A stretch of 43,885 bases of DNA, taken from a virus (taxonomy: Duplodnaviria; Caudoviricetes). Position 1 is the first letter of the stretch; each line of letters starts with the position of its first letter. A model generated the notes under the pieces. It did no database searches, was not told where the DNA came from, and saw only the letters and a program-made list of their open reading frames with translations. Both the position numbers and the translations under genes were made by a program. This document shows, piece by piece, positions 25,048 to 35,092 of this stretch. The DNA lies in IMG/VR virus record IMGVR_UViG_3300020138_000049, positions 1-43,885 of that record; one strand, written 5' to 3'.

Positions 25048-25445
25048 TGCCACAGATCACCCTCGGCTCCGTCACCCTGCCGCCCGACCTGCAATGGTCG
25101 GATGAGTTCAGCTGGGTGGCGCTGGGTGTCACCGCCAAAACCACCCTCACCGGCGCGGAAATCGTGCAGAGCGGCTCGCTGCAGGCTGGCCGCCCGATCA
25201 CCCTGCAGGGTGGCACCGATTTCGCGTGGCTGGACTACGCGACCGTGGAGGCGCTGCGCACGCTGGCCAGCGCCGCCGGCGCCACCTACACGCTCACCCT
25301 CGCCGACGCGCGCACCTACCAGGTGCGATTCCGCTGCGAGGAAACGCCCGTGGAGGGCGCGCCGGTGGTGCACCGGGTGTCACCCGATGCCGGCAAGCGC
25401 GACGCCCTGCAGTACGTCCCCATCATCCGCCTCAAGACGGTGTAA
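25047..25445 (+). CDS. Distal-tail-like protein, 132 aa
   Basis: LPPDLQWSDEF.W, TLTGA, GRPITL; directly follows the tape measure gene. Confidence 0.7.
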   Translation: MPQITLGSVTLPPDLQWSDEFSWVALGVTAKTTLTGAEIVQSGSLQAGRPITLQGGTDFAWLDYATVEALRTLASAAGATYTLTLADARTYQVRFRCEETPVEGAPVVHRVSPDAGKRDALQYVPIIRLKTV

Positions 25446-25448
25446 CCC

Positions 25449-28400
25449 ATGCCCATCGAAGTCACCGATATCCAACTGCTGGCCAGCGAACGCCTCACCG
25501 ACACCGACGACGGCGGCGGCAAGATGACCGGCAACGTCATCGTGAGCGGCGCCATCAACAACCTGTTCCCCGACATCAGCCGCCTCGATCGCACGTATGG
25601 CCGTCTATCTCTGCGCAAGGCCTACATGAGCGTGCGCAGCCAGAACACCGACACGTACCTGGGCGCCCACGTGATCGTCACCGACCCGCCAAGCGATGAC
25701 AAAGTGGCCGTGACCCTGTTCAGCACCGGCAGCACCACCGACGTGCGCAGCAATGCGCAAGATCGCATCGAGAGCTACCTCACGGCCGGCCCGCTCAGCG
25801 GCTACTACGTGTTCGGCAATCAGCCGCAGGGGGCAAAGGCCATCAGCCTGCTTGGCCGCGTGGAAGATGCGGTGCCGGAAGTCGGCGACGTGCTGGTGAT
25901 CAGCGTGGAGAGCGGCAGCAACGTCACCGCGCAGCAGTACGTGCGCGTGGCCGACGTGAAGGTGGAAACCCGCACGTTCACCGACGCCCAGGGCGATTTC
26001 ACGCGCAAAATGGTAACGCTGACCCTCACCAGCGCATTGCGGCAAACCTACATCGGCGCTGAAGCCAGCCGGCTCAGCAACGTCACGCCGCCCACCCGCA
26101 TCCGCAGCGTCACCGTCGCCGATGCCAGCAGCTATTTCGGCGTGAGCCACCTGAGCGCGGCAGCCACGCAAAATGACCTGCAGGTGACGGTGGAGAGCAT
26201 CACCTCGCAACTGGTGCCCAGCACCACGCGCGAGGTGGCCGTGGCCGGCGCCACGCCGGGCCTGTCGCTCAGCTACATCGCCGCGGCGGTGGCGCAGAGC
26301 CTCACCACCGGCTCCTCGCCGCGCTACCAGATGCGTGGCGTGCTGCCGAAAAGCCTGCAGGCCAGCGTCAGCAGCGGCACCGCGAAGGATGACGGTGCCG
26401 GCAACATGCTGGTCAACACCACCACCGTGGGCGCCGTCGATTATGAGTCGGGCCGGTTGTCTGGCGTCACCATCAACGGCGGCACCTACATCCCGGCCGC
26501 CACCATCAGCGCGGCGTCCAAGACCTACTCCGTGGGCGTCACGCTGGGCACGCAAGGCACGGTGTACGTCGTCACGCTGCCCAGCATCCCGGCGCCCGGC
26601 ACGCTGAATGTCGCGTTCCGCTACCTGGGCAAGTGGTACAGCCTCACAGATTCGGCGCGGGATGGCACCGTGGCTGGCGAATCGCTGGCGGCGGGCAGCG
26701 GCACGGTGGATTACACCACCGGCGACGTCACCATGACGTTCGGCGCGGTGCCCGACGTGGGCAGCAAGATCGTGTATTCGTGGGGCGACCCCACCAGCTT
26801 CGAGCAGCACGCCGGTGACCTCACCGTCACCGACCCCACGCTGATGTTTCAGGTGTCGGCCTGGCCGATCAAGCCCGGCACGCTGACGCTGTCGTGGCTC
26901 AGCAACGGCGTCACGAAAACGGCCGCGGCGGACGCGTCTGGCGTGGTCACCGGAGACGCCACCGGCAGCGTGGTGTACCTGGACGGCACCATCATCATCA
27001 AACCGGCCAGCAGCGCCTTCCCCGACAGCAGCGCGAAGATCGACGTGGCCTACACGCAGGCCGAAGGCCTGAAGTCGTCGGTGGTGGGCGCCTATGCGGC
27101 TGGCGTGCTGACCTTCGACCTGGCCAGCTCGGTGCTGCCGCTGAAGCCCGGCGCCGTATCCGGCTCGGTGGCCGGCATCTACGGTGCCGCCTCCCCGGTG
27201 ATGTACTGGAAAGACGATGGCGAGGGCGGGATTGTTTCCGCCACCGAGCTGGCGCCGAAATACAAGCGCGTGGGCGGTGCCACTGGCAACCTGCCGATCG
27301 TGGCGGTGGCCACCGGCAGCATCGACTACACCACCGGCCACGTCATCATCCAGCCCGGTAGTCTGGCGCAGCGCGTGTACGCCGGTACCAGCATGTTCAA
27401 GGTGCCCAGCACCGACCCGGTGGCTGACCCGTACTTCACCGGCGCCTGGCAACTCGGTGGCGGGGTGCCCAACTTCGTGCCGTCGCCGCTGGTGCAGTAC
27501 AACGCCGCGCGCGCCTCTGGCACGGAAACCGCGCAGGAAGAGTCCATCGATTACCCCGGCATCGGCTTCGTGCTCAACCGCACGCTGATCGACCCGATTC
27601 TGCCCGGCAGCGTGTGGTTTACGTGGGGCGGCAAAACCTACATTGATCGGCAAGGCAAGGTGTTTCGTGACATGGACCCGGCCACCGGCAGCGCCACCCA
27701 GGCCGGCACCATCAACTACCAGACGGGCGAGGTGGTGCTGAGCAACTACGGCACCAGCACCGGCGGCGCCGTGTCGCTGGTGTCGCTGGTTACCAGCTAC
27801 GGCATCATGCCCACCAGCTACGCCGTGTTCCGCACGCCTGGCGCACCGCTGCGCCCGTCGTCATTCTATTTGCAGGCCGTGCGCACCGACAGCGGCGAAA
27901 CCATCACCGCCACCAGCAACAGCAGCGGCACTATCACCGGCACGTACATCGGCGGCACGGTCAACAACGACATGGGCTGGGCCGAGGTGCGCTTCGGCAG
28001 TTTCGTGGCCGCCGCCGGCAACGAAAACGAGCCGTGGTACAGCGCCGACAACGTCGTGGGCAGCACGGTGTGGAAGCCCATCTTCGTCGACCCCAGCACC
28101 ATCAAATTCAACTGCGTGGTGCAGTCCACCCTGCCGCTGGATGCCGACCTGCTGGGTATCGACCCGGTGCGCCTGCCGCTGACCGGCCGCGTGCCCATCT
28201 TCCGCGACGGCAACGTGGTGGTGATCCACGACGATCGCACCGTCAACCTGCCGGGCGGCTTCACCTCGGGCAGCAACTACACCGTGGCCGATGCGCCCCT
28301 GGCCCAGGCCACCCTGGTCGACGCCACCGGCGAAGCGGTAGCCATCAGCGGCTACACCATCGACATGGATACCGGCGTGGTCACCGCCACTGAGGCGTAC

Positions 28401-29003
28401 GACGTCAGCGGCCTCACCGCGCCCATCAGCGTGGCCTACACCGTGGAGGATATGCTGCTGGTGTCGTCGGTGGAGCTGACTGGCCAGCTGTCGTTGGTGT
28501 CGCCCCTGAGCCGCGATTACCCCAGCGGCGCCAAGGTCAGCAGCGCGCTGCTGTTCGGCGACCTGCAGGGCGCCAACCCCATCTTCTTCTCGCAGGCCAC
28601 ATGGACCGGCGCATGGAGCGACACCCAAAGCGGCAGCGGCACCACCGCGCAATACAACCGCGCGCTGTACCCCTTGCAATTCGACAACGCCGGCACCTAC
28701 TCCGACCGCTGGGCACTGATCTTCACCAGCACCACCGGCGGCCGCATCGTCGGCGAAATCTCCGGCCAGATCGGCACCTTCACCACCGACACCGACACGG
28801 CACCGATCAACCCGATTTCGGGGCGGCCGTACTTCACGCTGCGCAAAGAGGGCTGGGGCGCAGGCTGGGGCGTCAACAACGTGCTGCGCTTCAACACCAT
28901 CGGCGCGAGCGCCCCGATGTGGATCGCCCGCACCATTCTTCCTGGCGCGCAGGCGGTGATTGAGGATGGGTTTCGGGTGCAGTTGCGGGGGGATGCGGAA
29001 TGA
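25449..29003 (+). CDS. Large tail-tip structural protein, 1184 aa
   Basis: DDGGG.MTG, NNLFPDIS.LDRTYG, repeated G.IDY.TG units, LGIDPVRLP..GRVPIFR. Confidence 0.8.
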   Translation: MPIEVTDIQLLASERLTDTDDGGGKMTGNVIVSGAINNLFPDISRLDRTYGRLSLRKAYMSVRSQNTDTYLGAHVIVTDPPSDDKVAVTLFSTGSTTDVRSNAQDRIESYLTAGPLSGYYVFGNQPQGAKAISLLGRVEDAVPEVGDVLVISVESGSNVTAQQYVRVADVKVETRTFTDAQGDFTRKMVTLTLTSALRQTYIGAEASRLSNVTPPTRIRSVTVADASSYFGVSHLSAAATQNDLQVTVESITSQLVPSTTREVAVAGATPGLSLSYIAAAVAQSLTTGSSPRYQMRGVLPKSLQASVSSGTAKDDGAGNMLVNTTTVGAVDYESGRLSGVTINGGTYIPAATISAASKTYSVGVTLGTQGTVYVVTLPSIPAPGTLNVAFRYLGKWYSLTDSARDGTVAGESLAAGSGTVDYTTGDVTMTFGAVPDVGSKIVYSWGDPTSFEQHAGDLTVTDPTLMFQVSAWPIKPGTLTLSWLSNGVTKTAAADASGVVTGDATGSVVYLDGTIIIKPASSAFPDSSAKIDVAYTQAEGLKSSVVGAYAAGVLTFDLASSVLPLKPGAVSGSVAGIYGAASPVMYWKDDGEGGIVSATELAPKYKRVGGATGNLPIVAVATGSIDYTTGHVIIQPGSLAQRVYAGTSMFKVPSTDPVADPYFTGAWQLGGGVPNFVPSPLVQYNAARASGTETAQEESIDYPGIGFVLNRTLIDPILPGSVWFTWGGKTYIDRQGKVFRDMDPATGSATQAGTINYQTGEVVLSNYGTSTGGAVSLVSLVTSYGIMPTSYAVFRTPGAPLRPSSFYLQAVRTDSGETITATSNSSGTITGTYIGGTVNNDMGWAEVRFGSFVAAAGNENEPWYSADNVVGSTVWKPIFVDPSTIKFNCVVQSTLPLDADLLGIDPVRLPLTGRVPIFRDGNVVVIHDDRTVNLPGGFTSGSNYTVADAPLAQATLVDATGEAVAISGYTIDMDTGVVTATEAYDVSGLTAPISVAYTVEDMLLVSSVELTGQLSLVSPLSRDYPSGAKVSSALLFGDLQGANPIFFSQATWTGAWSDTQSGSGTTAQYNRALYPLQFDNAGTYSDRWALIFTSTTGGRIVGEISGQIGTFTTDTDTAPINPISGRPYFTLRKEGWGAGWGVNNVLRFNTIGASAPMWIARTILPGAQAVIEDGFRVQLRGDAE

Positions 29004-29956
29004 CCGTCGTATTATCTGCACTGGAGGAGACTGCGATCGCCGATAGCCCGACATTTCTTCTTAGGCTGTCAGAAGATGCGATTATCCAGCTCACGGACGC
29101 TACTCCGGTTGCGGTGCGTGTTGGTCCAAACTCCGGCTCACCTTTGTCGGATAATGATGGATTATTTACGCCGAAATCTTGTAGATTTCTTGGTGGTCTC
29201 GTTGGATCAGCGACCGGAACGTATGCGTGGATAGCGCCTTGGCAGGCGGTGAGTCCGGTGGCTGGCATAACGTTAATGCTGCTGATGAGCGATATAAGAA
29301 ATCAAACGCCGTCGAGCGGTGTGATCGGTGTGGTGAATTACATCGGTTCCGGAGGCGGCTATTCAATTAATCTTGATAGCACTGGGAATGTGGTCTTCCA
29401 CTGTTATTACGGGACAAGCCCTTCGGCGTATGTAGAGGTCAAATTTTCGCGGACTTTATTGAATGCCTCGGGGACGTTGGTGCATTTCACTTTTGATGGA
29501 AGATTCGTCGGGGCATATGTGAACGGTGTGAAGGTGGATTCATTTGACCTTGGCCAAAAGAAGTCTATTACGTATCTTCCTAACACAAGTTTGATTATCG
29601 GGACTCGTGCGGACTCAATATCTGTCCCAGTGAATGGAACGCAATGCTCGAGTTTCGACCTGTCGTTGTTTGGTGTCTTCGCGGTGGCGCTTACTGCTGC
29701 CCAGATTCAAGGTGAGGTTGAATCATGGTCAACTCCACCATCGAACCTTGCTGGAACTGCTTTCCTCGATGACGGGCAGCCGGCCTCTAGTGTTGTTATT
29801 GCGGAATGGATTGGCACTCGAAAAGGTGTCGTGGTTCCACAAAACGACGGTGCGTGGCAGGCGGAAGTGCCGCCAGGCGATTATCTGATCACGGCGCGAG
29901 GTCCATCTGGCTACCGCCCCATTTCCCACGGCCCGGTCACCGCGGTTGACCCGTAA
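29000..29956 (+). CDS. Candidate receptor-binding protein with LamG/ConA-like domain, 318 aa
   Basis: HFTFDG...AYVNG motif; C-terminal GYRPISHGP; A/T-rich codon usage. Confidence 0.65.
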   Translation: MTVVLSALEETAIADSPTFLLRLSEDAIIQLTDATPVAVRVGPNSGSPLSDNDGLFTPKSCRFLGGLVGSATGTYAWIAPWQAVSPVAGITLMLLMSDIRNQTPSSGVIGVVNYIGSGGGYSINLDSTGNVVFHCYYGTSPSAYVEVKFSRTLLNASGTLVHFTFDGRFVGAYVNGVKVDSFDLGQKKSITYLPNTSLIIGTRADSISVPVNGTQCSSFDLSLFGVFAVALTAAQIQGEVESWSTPPSNLAGTAFLDDGQPASSVVIAEWIGTRKGVVVPQNDGAWQAEVPPGDYLITARGPSGYRPISHGPVTAVDP

Positions 29957-31866
29957 TGCCGGCATGTCCGCCCTACGCTCCGCCTGCTGGACCAAGCGTG
30001 GCGCTTACCCTGGCGCACGGTTACGTGCCGCCTGGTGGCAGCGAGGTGGTGTTCCTGCTCGACCCTTGCGAGGGCTCGACGCCAGCCGGTGCTGGCCCGC
30101 GAAACCGGACATTTGCGGTGCCATACGGCTTGGGGATGCCGATCAGAGCCCGGCCGATGGATGCGCTATGGCAGCCGACGGCGGCTCGCCAGCGAAGCGC
30201 ACGCGTGCCCTGGGGCGCCGCGGCGGCGTTGCAGGTGGCGCTGATATCGGATGTTGCCGGCGTGGCGGTGGTGGATGCAGCAAGCGCCGTCGGGTACACG
30301 TCGGCGGTGCCCAGTGGGGCGGCTGCCAGTGCGCCATGGTCATTCGTTGGCGCGGCCGATCGGCACACGCAGGCGGAGTGGGGTACGGCGCACATGAGCC
30401 AGGCGGTGACGTCGGCAGTGTGGCTGCCTGTCTATCCACACGACGCGGCCCACGTGTCGGGGTGGCTGCCCGCCAAGCCGCCGGCGATCTACTACGATCC
30501 GCCGCCGGTCACGTCCGGCTATGTGCCGCCAGCGGGCGATGCCGTGCATCTCACGGCGCACGGTGGTTACATGCCGCCGCCAGGCGGCATGGTGTCGCTG
30601 TTGCTGGATTCGGACCTGGGCGATTTGCCGCCCTACATCGTGCTGCGGCGGGATCCCTCATCGGGCTACATCTGCTGGGGCCAATCCACCGTCGCCGATG
30701 CGCTGGAATCCATCCGCTGGGGCCGTGGCCAGCAGTATCACCGGCCCGATCCGCCGCCCATCGACGGCCCGTGGACGGGCAGCCCGGACGAACCGCCACC
30801 CATCCCCATTGCCCGCAGGGTCTACATCGTCATGAATGATGTGAGTGTTGTACGGCTGCCCGAGCGCACGCCGATCGATGTGCTTTCCGTCGACCTCAAT
30901 GCGTCGGTGGACGCCTGGGCGTGGTCGCTGCGCATGGAGCTGGCCGACCCGTCGCAGGTGGCGCTGTTGAAGCCGGACGGCAATGGCCCAAAGGTGGTGG
31001 AGATCACCATGAACAGCTACGTGTGGACGGCCATCATCGAGGGCCGTGACACCAGCCGTGTCCATGCCAGCAACGGCGCCACGGTGACGGGGCGCAGCCA
31101 GACGGCGCTGCTTTCCGACACTTACACCGCCCGCCGCTCGCTGGCGGTCACCGACGCGTACAGCGCCCAGCAACTGGCCAACCTGGAGATTACCGACCGC
31201 GCGCTGCCGTTCTCGATCGACTGGCAGGGGCTGGATTGGGTGGTGCCCGGTGGCGTCTGGTATTACCAGGAGTTGTCGCCCATCGAGGTGATTTCGCAGA
31301 TCGCCGCCGCTCGCGGCGCCGTGCTGCAGAGCCATCCCAGCGACCCCACGCTGATTGTGCAGAGCCGCTACCCACTGAGCCCGTGGGCGTGGACGGCCGG
31401 CTTGGCCGATGTGGCGCTGCCGGCCGACTGGATCACCGGCATGACGGCCCAGCAGCAAAGCAAACCCATGTATGACGCGGTGATCATCGCCGGCCAGCAG
31501 CAGGGTGTGCTGGCCAAGGTAACCCGCCTGGCCAGCGCTGGGGATACCTTCGCGGCGCAGGTGGTCGACCAGCTCAACGTGACGGCGGCGGTAGCGCAAG
31601 AGCGCGGCCGCAACGTGCTCGGCGATCGCGGCGTGCAAGAGCTGGTGGACATGGATATCCCACTGTTCGCGCCCGGCACTATTACCGCCGGCATGTCCGG
31701 CTTGTATCAGCCGCTGCTGCTGGTGGATGTGCAGGATGCTACGGATCCGTGGCAAGGCCAGACCGTGGGCGTATCCATCAGCGCTCGCCGTGGCGGGCCG
31801 GACAACAAGGCGCTGGAAATCTGGCAGCGCGTATCCCTTGAGAGGCACATCAGCGATGCTAGTTGA
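29956..31866 (+). CDS. Tail protein (hub-like C-terminal half), 636 aa
   Basis: Pro-rich N-terminus; DAWAWS, GRSQTALL, DWVVPGGVW, SRYPLSPWAW. Confidence 0.72.
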   Translation: MPACPPYAPPAGPSVALTLAHGYVPPGGSEVVFLLDPCEGSTPAGAGPRNRTFAVPYGLGMPIRARPMDALWQPTAARQRSARVPWGAAAALQVALISDVAGVAVVDAASAVGYTSAVPSGAAASAPWSFVGAADRHTQAEWGTAHMSQAVTSAVWLPVYPHDAAHVSGWLPAKPPAIYYDPPPVTSGYVPPAGDAVHLTAHGGYMPPPGGMVSLLLDSDLGDLPPYIVLRRDPSSGYICWGQSTVADALESIRWGRGQQYHRPDPPPIDGPWTGSPDEPPPIPIARRVYIVMNDVSVVRLPERTPIDVLSVDLNASVDAWAWSLRMELADPSQVALLKPDGNGPKVVEITMNSYVWTAIIEGRDTSRVHASNGATVTGRSQTALLSDTYTARRSLAVTDAYSAQQLANLEITDRALPFSIDWQGLDWVVPGGVWYYQELSPIEVISQIAAARGAVLQSHPSDPTLIVQSRYPLSPWAWTAGLADVALPADWITGMTAQQQSKPMYDAVIIAGQQQGVLAKVTRLASAGDTFAAQVVDQLNVTAAVAQERGRNVLGDRGVQELVDMDIPLFAPGTITAGMSGLYQPLLLVDVQDATDPWQGQTVGVSISARRGGPDNKALEIWQRVSLERHISDAS

Positions 31867-32086
31867 CGTCTGGAAGCGATTCGAGGGCCTGCTGCCCTCG
31901 CAAACCGTCATCATCGCCACCGTGTCGGCGATCAACAGCGACGGCACCAGCAGCCTCACCACGCCCGAGGGTGGCACGCTGCGCGCCATCGGCACCGACG
32001 TGGGCGTGGGCGCGAATGTGTACGTGCAGTTCGGCCGCATCACCGGCCCGGCGCCCACCCTGCCGGCCTACAACCTCACGGTGTAA
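31856..32086 (+). CDS. Small tail protein (OB-like), 76 aa
   Basis: WKRFEGLLP, G..VG.NVYV..G.I.GPAP.LP; ends the tail operon. Confidence 0.7.
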   Translation: MLVDVWKRFEGLLPSQTVIIATVSAINSDGTSSLTTPEGGTLRAIGTDVGVGANVYVQFGRITGPAPTLPAYNLTV

Positions 32087-32116
32087 GCTGGCAGCAAACC
32101 AAGCGAGGGCAGTGCG

Positions 32117-32386
32117 ATGAAACGATGGATCGTGTTGATGGCGGGTTTGCTGCTGGCCACCAGCGTGGCGGCATCCGACAGCGTCCGCTTCGGCTCTCGC
32201 GTGGTGACCGTGGGCGACTCCGAAAGCAAGGTGCTGCAGGTGGCCGGCGAGCCCACGCGCCGCGTGAAGCTCGAAAGCGAATACGGCGGCGCCGAAGGCT
32301 ACCGCCTCGACTACGACCAAGGGCGCAAGACGGTGCAGATCATCATCGCCGGCGGCCGAGTGGTCGCGATCAACGAGATGTATTGA
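32117..32386 (+). CDS. Secreted DUF2845-like protein, 89 aa
   Basis: Signal peptide; SVRFGSRVVTVGDSESKVL..AGEP. Confidence 0.7.
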   Translation: MKRWIVLMAGLLLATSVAASDSVRFGSRVVTVGDSESKVLQVAGEPTRRVKLESEYGGAEGYRLDYDQGRKTVQIIIAGGRVVAINEMY

Positions 32387-32561
32387 TCGGCGCCGGTGCT
32401 GGCCTGGGCGGCGGCAACGCCGCCAGGTACAAGCCAACAAGCCCAACTTCTTCACTCGCCATCACGCGCACGGCGTTCGCCAGTTCGGCCTCGGTACAGC
32501 GAAAGTTGCCACACCAGTGCGCGCGGCATACCGGGTTGGCCATGTCGATGAGCTGATCCAT
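32370..32561 (-). CDS. DUF3606-like small protein, 63 aa
   Basis: IDMANP....HWCGNF.CTEAELANAV...V..YL pattern. Confidence 0.5.
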   Translation of the reverse strand: MDQLIDMANPVCRAHWCGNFRCTEAELANAVRVMASEEVGLVGLYLAALPPPRPAPAPINTSR

Positions 32562-32646
32562 GGGGCCATCCTGAGTGGCCACCCTCGACTGGTCTATCAG
32601 CGGCTCGACCAGCACGGTGTAGGCGCGCGCCTCGCGCGTGCATGGG

Positions 32647-32691
32647 TGTGCCACGCGTCCGGTAAAGATGGCACTGGCCGCGGCGGATGCT
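32647..32691 (+). promoter_or_regulatory. Late promoter motif, copy 3
   Basis: TGTGCCA-cgcgtccggtaaaga-TGGCACT, 10 bp, GATGCT, ATG at 32697. Confidence 0.78.
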
Positions 32692-32696
32692 GGGCC

Positions 32697-34610
32697 ATGG
32701 TCGACACTCCGCACAACGAAGAAAAAGAAGCGCTGCAGCAAGCGATAGCGACCGCCGCGGTGTATCGCGGCGTGACTTTGTGCCTGCCGCAGATAACGCG
32801 CACGGGCAGCTGGGTGACGCGCGGCGATGCCACCGTGATCGGCCCGGGCTACACGGTGACCTGCCTGCCGTCGAAAGAGGTCAAGGCGCTCATCGACGCA
32901 AGCCTGGACCCGATTACGCCACCACCTGTCGACGTCCCGCCCGCTGACCCTGCGCCGGTCATCGATGTACCACCCACGTCGCCGCAAGATCGGACGCCAC
33001 CGACCTTCACCGCCATCGACCTGCACTGGCGCGACAAAACCGCCGCCGAACGCGTGGATGTGGAAATCACGCTGGACGACGGCACTGCGCTCGCCGTGAG
33101 CGATGCAGACGTGGGCGTGACCCGCATGGGCGACGTGCTGGTTCTGACGCGCTATGCAGACTGCGTGGTGATCGAAAACCCGTGGCCGGCGAGTACGCAA
33201 AACCTTGCTGGCAATATGAAGGTCACTGTGGATGGCGCCGTCGTGTTCGATGACCGCGCGCGCTTCGACTTGCGCACCGGCACGCGCCCGATCCGTACGG
33301 GGCTCGCGCAATTCACGCCGGGCGATATCCGTGACCAGATCGGCAAATTGCTGGCCAACTATGCGGACCCAGGCAGCTTCAAGGATATGATGCCGAAGGA
33401 CGACGGCAAGCGCTACGGCATCAATGGCCGCGGGCCGATGACGTATGACGCCATGGGCACGACGGGCGGGCGCAACGAAATCGGCCTGATCCCCGGCGGC
33501 GATCTCGCCTACGCAATTCGCGGCGAGCAATGGCCGCTCGCTCGCCTCGGCGCCGATCACGCGCGCTGCTACCCGATCCACATGCGCGACCCAGCCACGG
33601 GGCTGCCGTTGGACCCGACACAGTGGCCCACGGCATCGACGCTGCATGCCCATCTTGGCTACAAGTACGGCCCGAAAGGAACGAACCCCGTCGTCGCGGA
33701 CTCCGCCTCGCCGCTCGTGCCCGACACTGCGCACCAGCCGCATTACGGCATTGTGCCTTTCCTCGCTACCGGCAGCGATTTCGATGCGGAGGAACTGCTG
33801 TTTTGGGCGAGCTACCAGGGTACGTGGAACAACGCGGCCTACCGCCAATACGAAAAGGCGATCGTCTCCGGCTCGCAAACACGCGGCATTGCATGGGGGA
33901 TCGCGTCTTACGGCTACGCGGCAAAGCTGCTCGACGGCCGCCACCCACAGGCCGCGTCGTATCGACAAGCGCTGCGCAACACCGCGGATGCGTACTGGAT
34001 CCAGCGTTTCGCGCCCGGCAAACCGCAAAACAATATTTTCGGTGTGTTCCCCGAAGTCGCTTACCGGGACACGCAAGGGCGCTATCGCGGCGTGGCCCCG
34101 TGGCAAAACCACTTCCTCGCTTCAGCCCTGAATCTGCTGGTGCAGTTCGGTTTCGCTGAGTTCACCGCGTGGCGTGATTACAGCGCGGCTTTCCCCGTCC
34201 AGCTCGCGAGGAGCGCGTGCTACCAAGCGATGAGCCTCTACAACTGGTCTGTCATCGACCCAGACCTATACACGTCGCGCAGTGCGGCGGAGGCCGGCAC
34301 GTCGCAGTGGTACAGGACGTGGGACGCCGCTCTTTCCGACAGCCTGGCGCATAGCGCACCGGGCGAAGTTGGCAAACCTTGCGGGCAGCTTTCACTCAGC
34401 GCGCCGATCGGATTCGTGTCGGATGGGCGTGGCCCGGCCACCAGCTTTGCGGCAAATCTTCAGCCCGCGCTCGCGGCGGCAGTGGACGCCGGCATCGAGG
34501 GCGCTGGTGAAGTATGGGCGACCTTCCTGAAGTGGCGCGGCCCGGGTGGCGAGATCGACTACACCACCGGGGCGCAGTTCGACATCGTGCCGCTCCACGC
34601 GCGGGCATAA
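32697..34610 (+). CDS. Large late protein, 637 aa; possible alpha/alpha-barrel glycan-degrading enzyme
   Basis: Pro-rich linker; GGRNEIG, PIHMRD, DTAHQP, ELLFWA, QTRGIAW, PWQNHF motifs. The function is inferred. Confidence 0.6.
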   Translation: MVDTPHNEEKEALQQAIATAAVYRGVTLCLPQITRTGSWVTRGDATVIGPGYTVTCLPSKEVKALIDASLDPITPPPVDVPPADPAPVIDVPPTSPQDRTPPTFTAIDLHWRDKTAAERVDVEITLDDGTALAVSDADVGVTRMGDVLVLTRYADCVVIENPWPASTQNLAGNMKVTVDGAVVFDDRARFDLRTGTRPIRTGLAQFTPGDIRDQIGKLLANYADPGSFKDMMPKDDGKRYGINGRGPMTYDAMGTTGGRNEIGLIPGGDLAYAIRGEQWPLARLGADHARCYPIHMRDPATGLPLDPTQWPTASTLHAHLGYKYGPKGTNPVVADSASPLVPDTAHQPHYGIVPFLATGSDFDAEELLFWASYQGTWNNAAYRQYEKAIVSGSQTRGIAWGIASYGYAAKLLDGRHPQAASYRQALRNTADAYWIQRFAPGKPQNNIFGVFPEVAYRDTQGRYRGVAPWQNHFLASALNLLVQFGFAEFTAWRDYSAAFPVQLARSACYQAMSLYNWSVIDPDLYTSRSAAEAGTSQWYRTWDAALSDSLAHSAPGEVGKPCGQLSLSAPIGFVSDGRGPATSFAANLQPALAAAVDAGIEGAGEVWATFLKWRGPGGEIDYTTGAQFDIVPLHARA

Positions 34611-34624
34611 CGTTCGCCAGCGGG

Positions 34625-34669
34625 TGTGCCATACGTCCGGTAAAGGTGGCACAAACCGCGCGGCATGCT
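34625..34669 (+). promoter_or_regulatory. Late promoter motif, copy 4 (lysis cassette)
   Basis: TGTGCCA-tacgtccggtaaagg-TGGCACA, 10 bp, CATGCT, ATG at 34677. Confidence 0.78.
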
Positions 34670-34729
34670 CCCGCTCATGGCCGCGACGCAACGAACGAAC
34701 GCTCAAACCACAGGGGGTTGGAGCCGGTG

Positions 34730-35092
34730 ATGGAAATCGAGCAAAAAGGCGATGGCCAATGGCACTTCTCGCTCGGCCCGATGGAGCGGTGGATTGTCGG
34801 GCTGGCATCGCTGGCGTTGATAGGCATGTTCGTCTTTATCTTCAATTCCTTTTCCGTGCGCCTCGATCGTCAAGGCGATGCGCAGGACAAGCAACTCGAA
34901 GCGCAGCGGAGCATGGCAACGCAACTGGCGGTTATGAGCGGGCAAATGACCACGCTAAATACGCAGCTTGCGGATGTGCCTGGGCTCAATACCCGGACGA
35001 CAAAGCTCGAGACCAATCAGGCCGAACTTATCCGCCGCGTCGGCAGGCTTGAAGACGGGGGCAGCACGAAGGCGAAGGGGTGGACGCGATGA
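34730..35092 (+). CDS. Single-TM coiled-coil lysis-region protein (holin/antiholin-like), 120 aa
   Basis: TM WIVGLASLALIGMFVFIF followed by a coiled coil; GGAG RBS. Confidence 0.65.
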   Translation: MEIEQKGDGQWHFSLGPMERWIVGLASLALIGMFVFIFNSFSVRLDRQGDAQDKQLEAQRSMATQLAVMSGQMTTLNTQLADVPGLNTRTTKLETNQAELIRRVGRLEDGGSTKAKGWTR

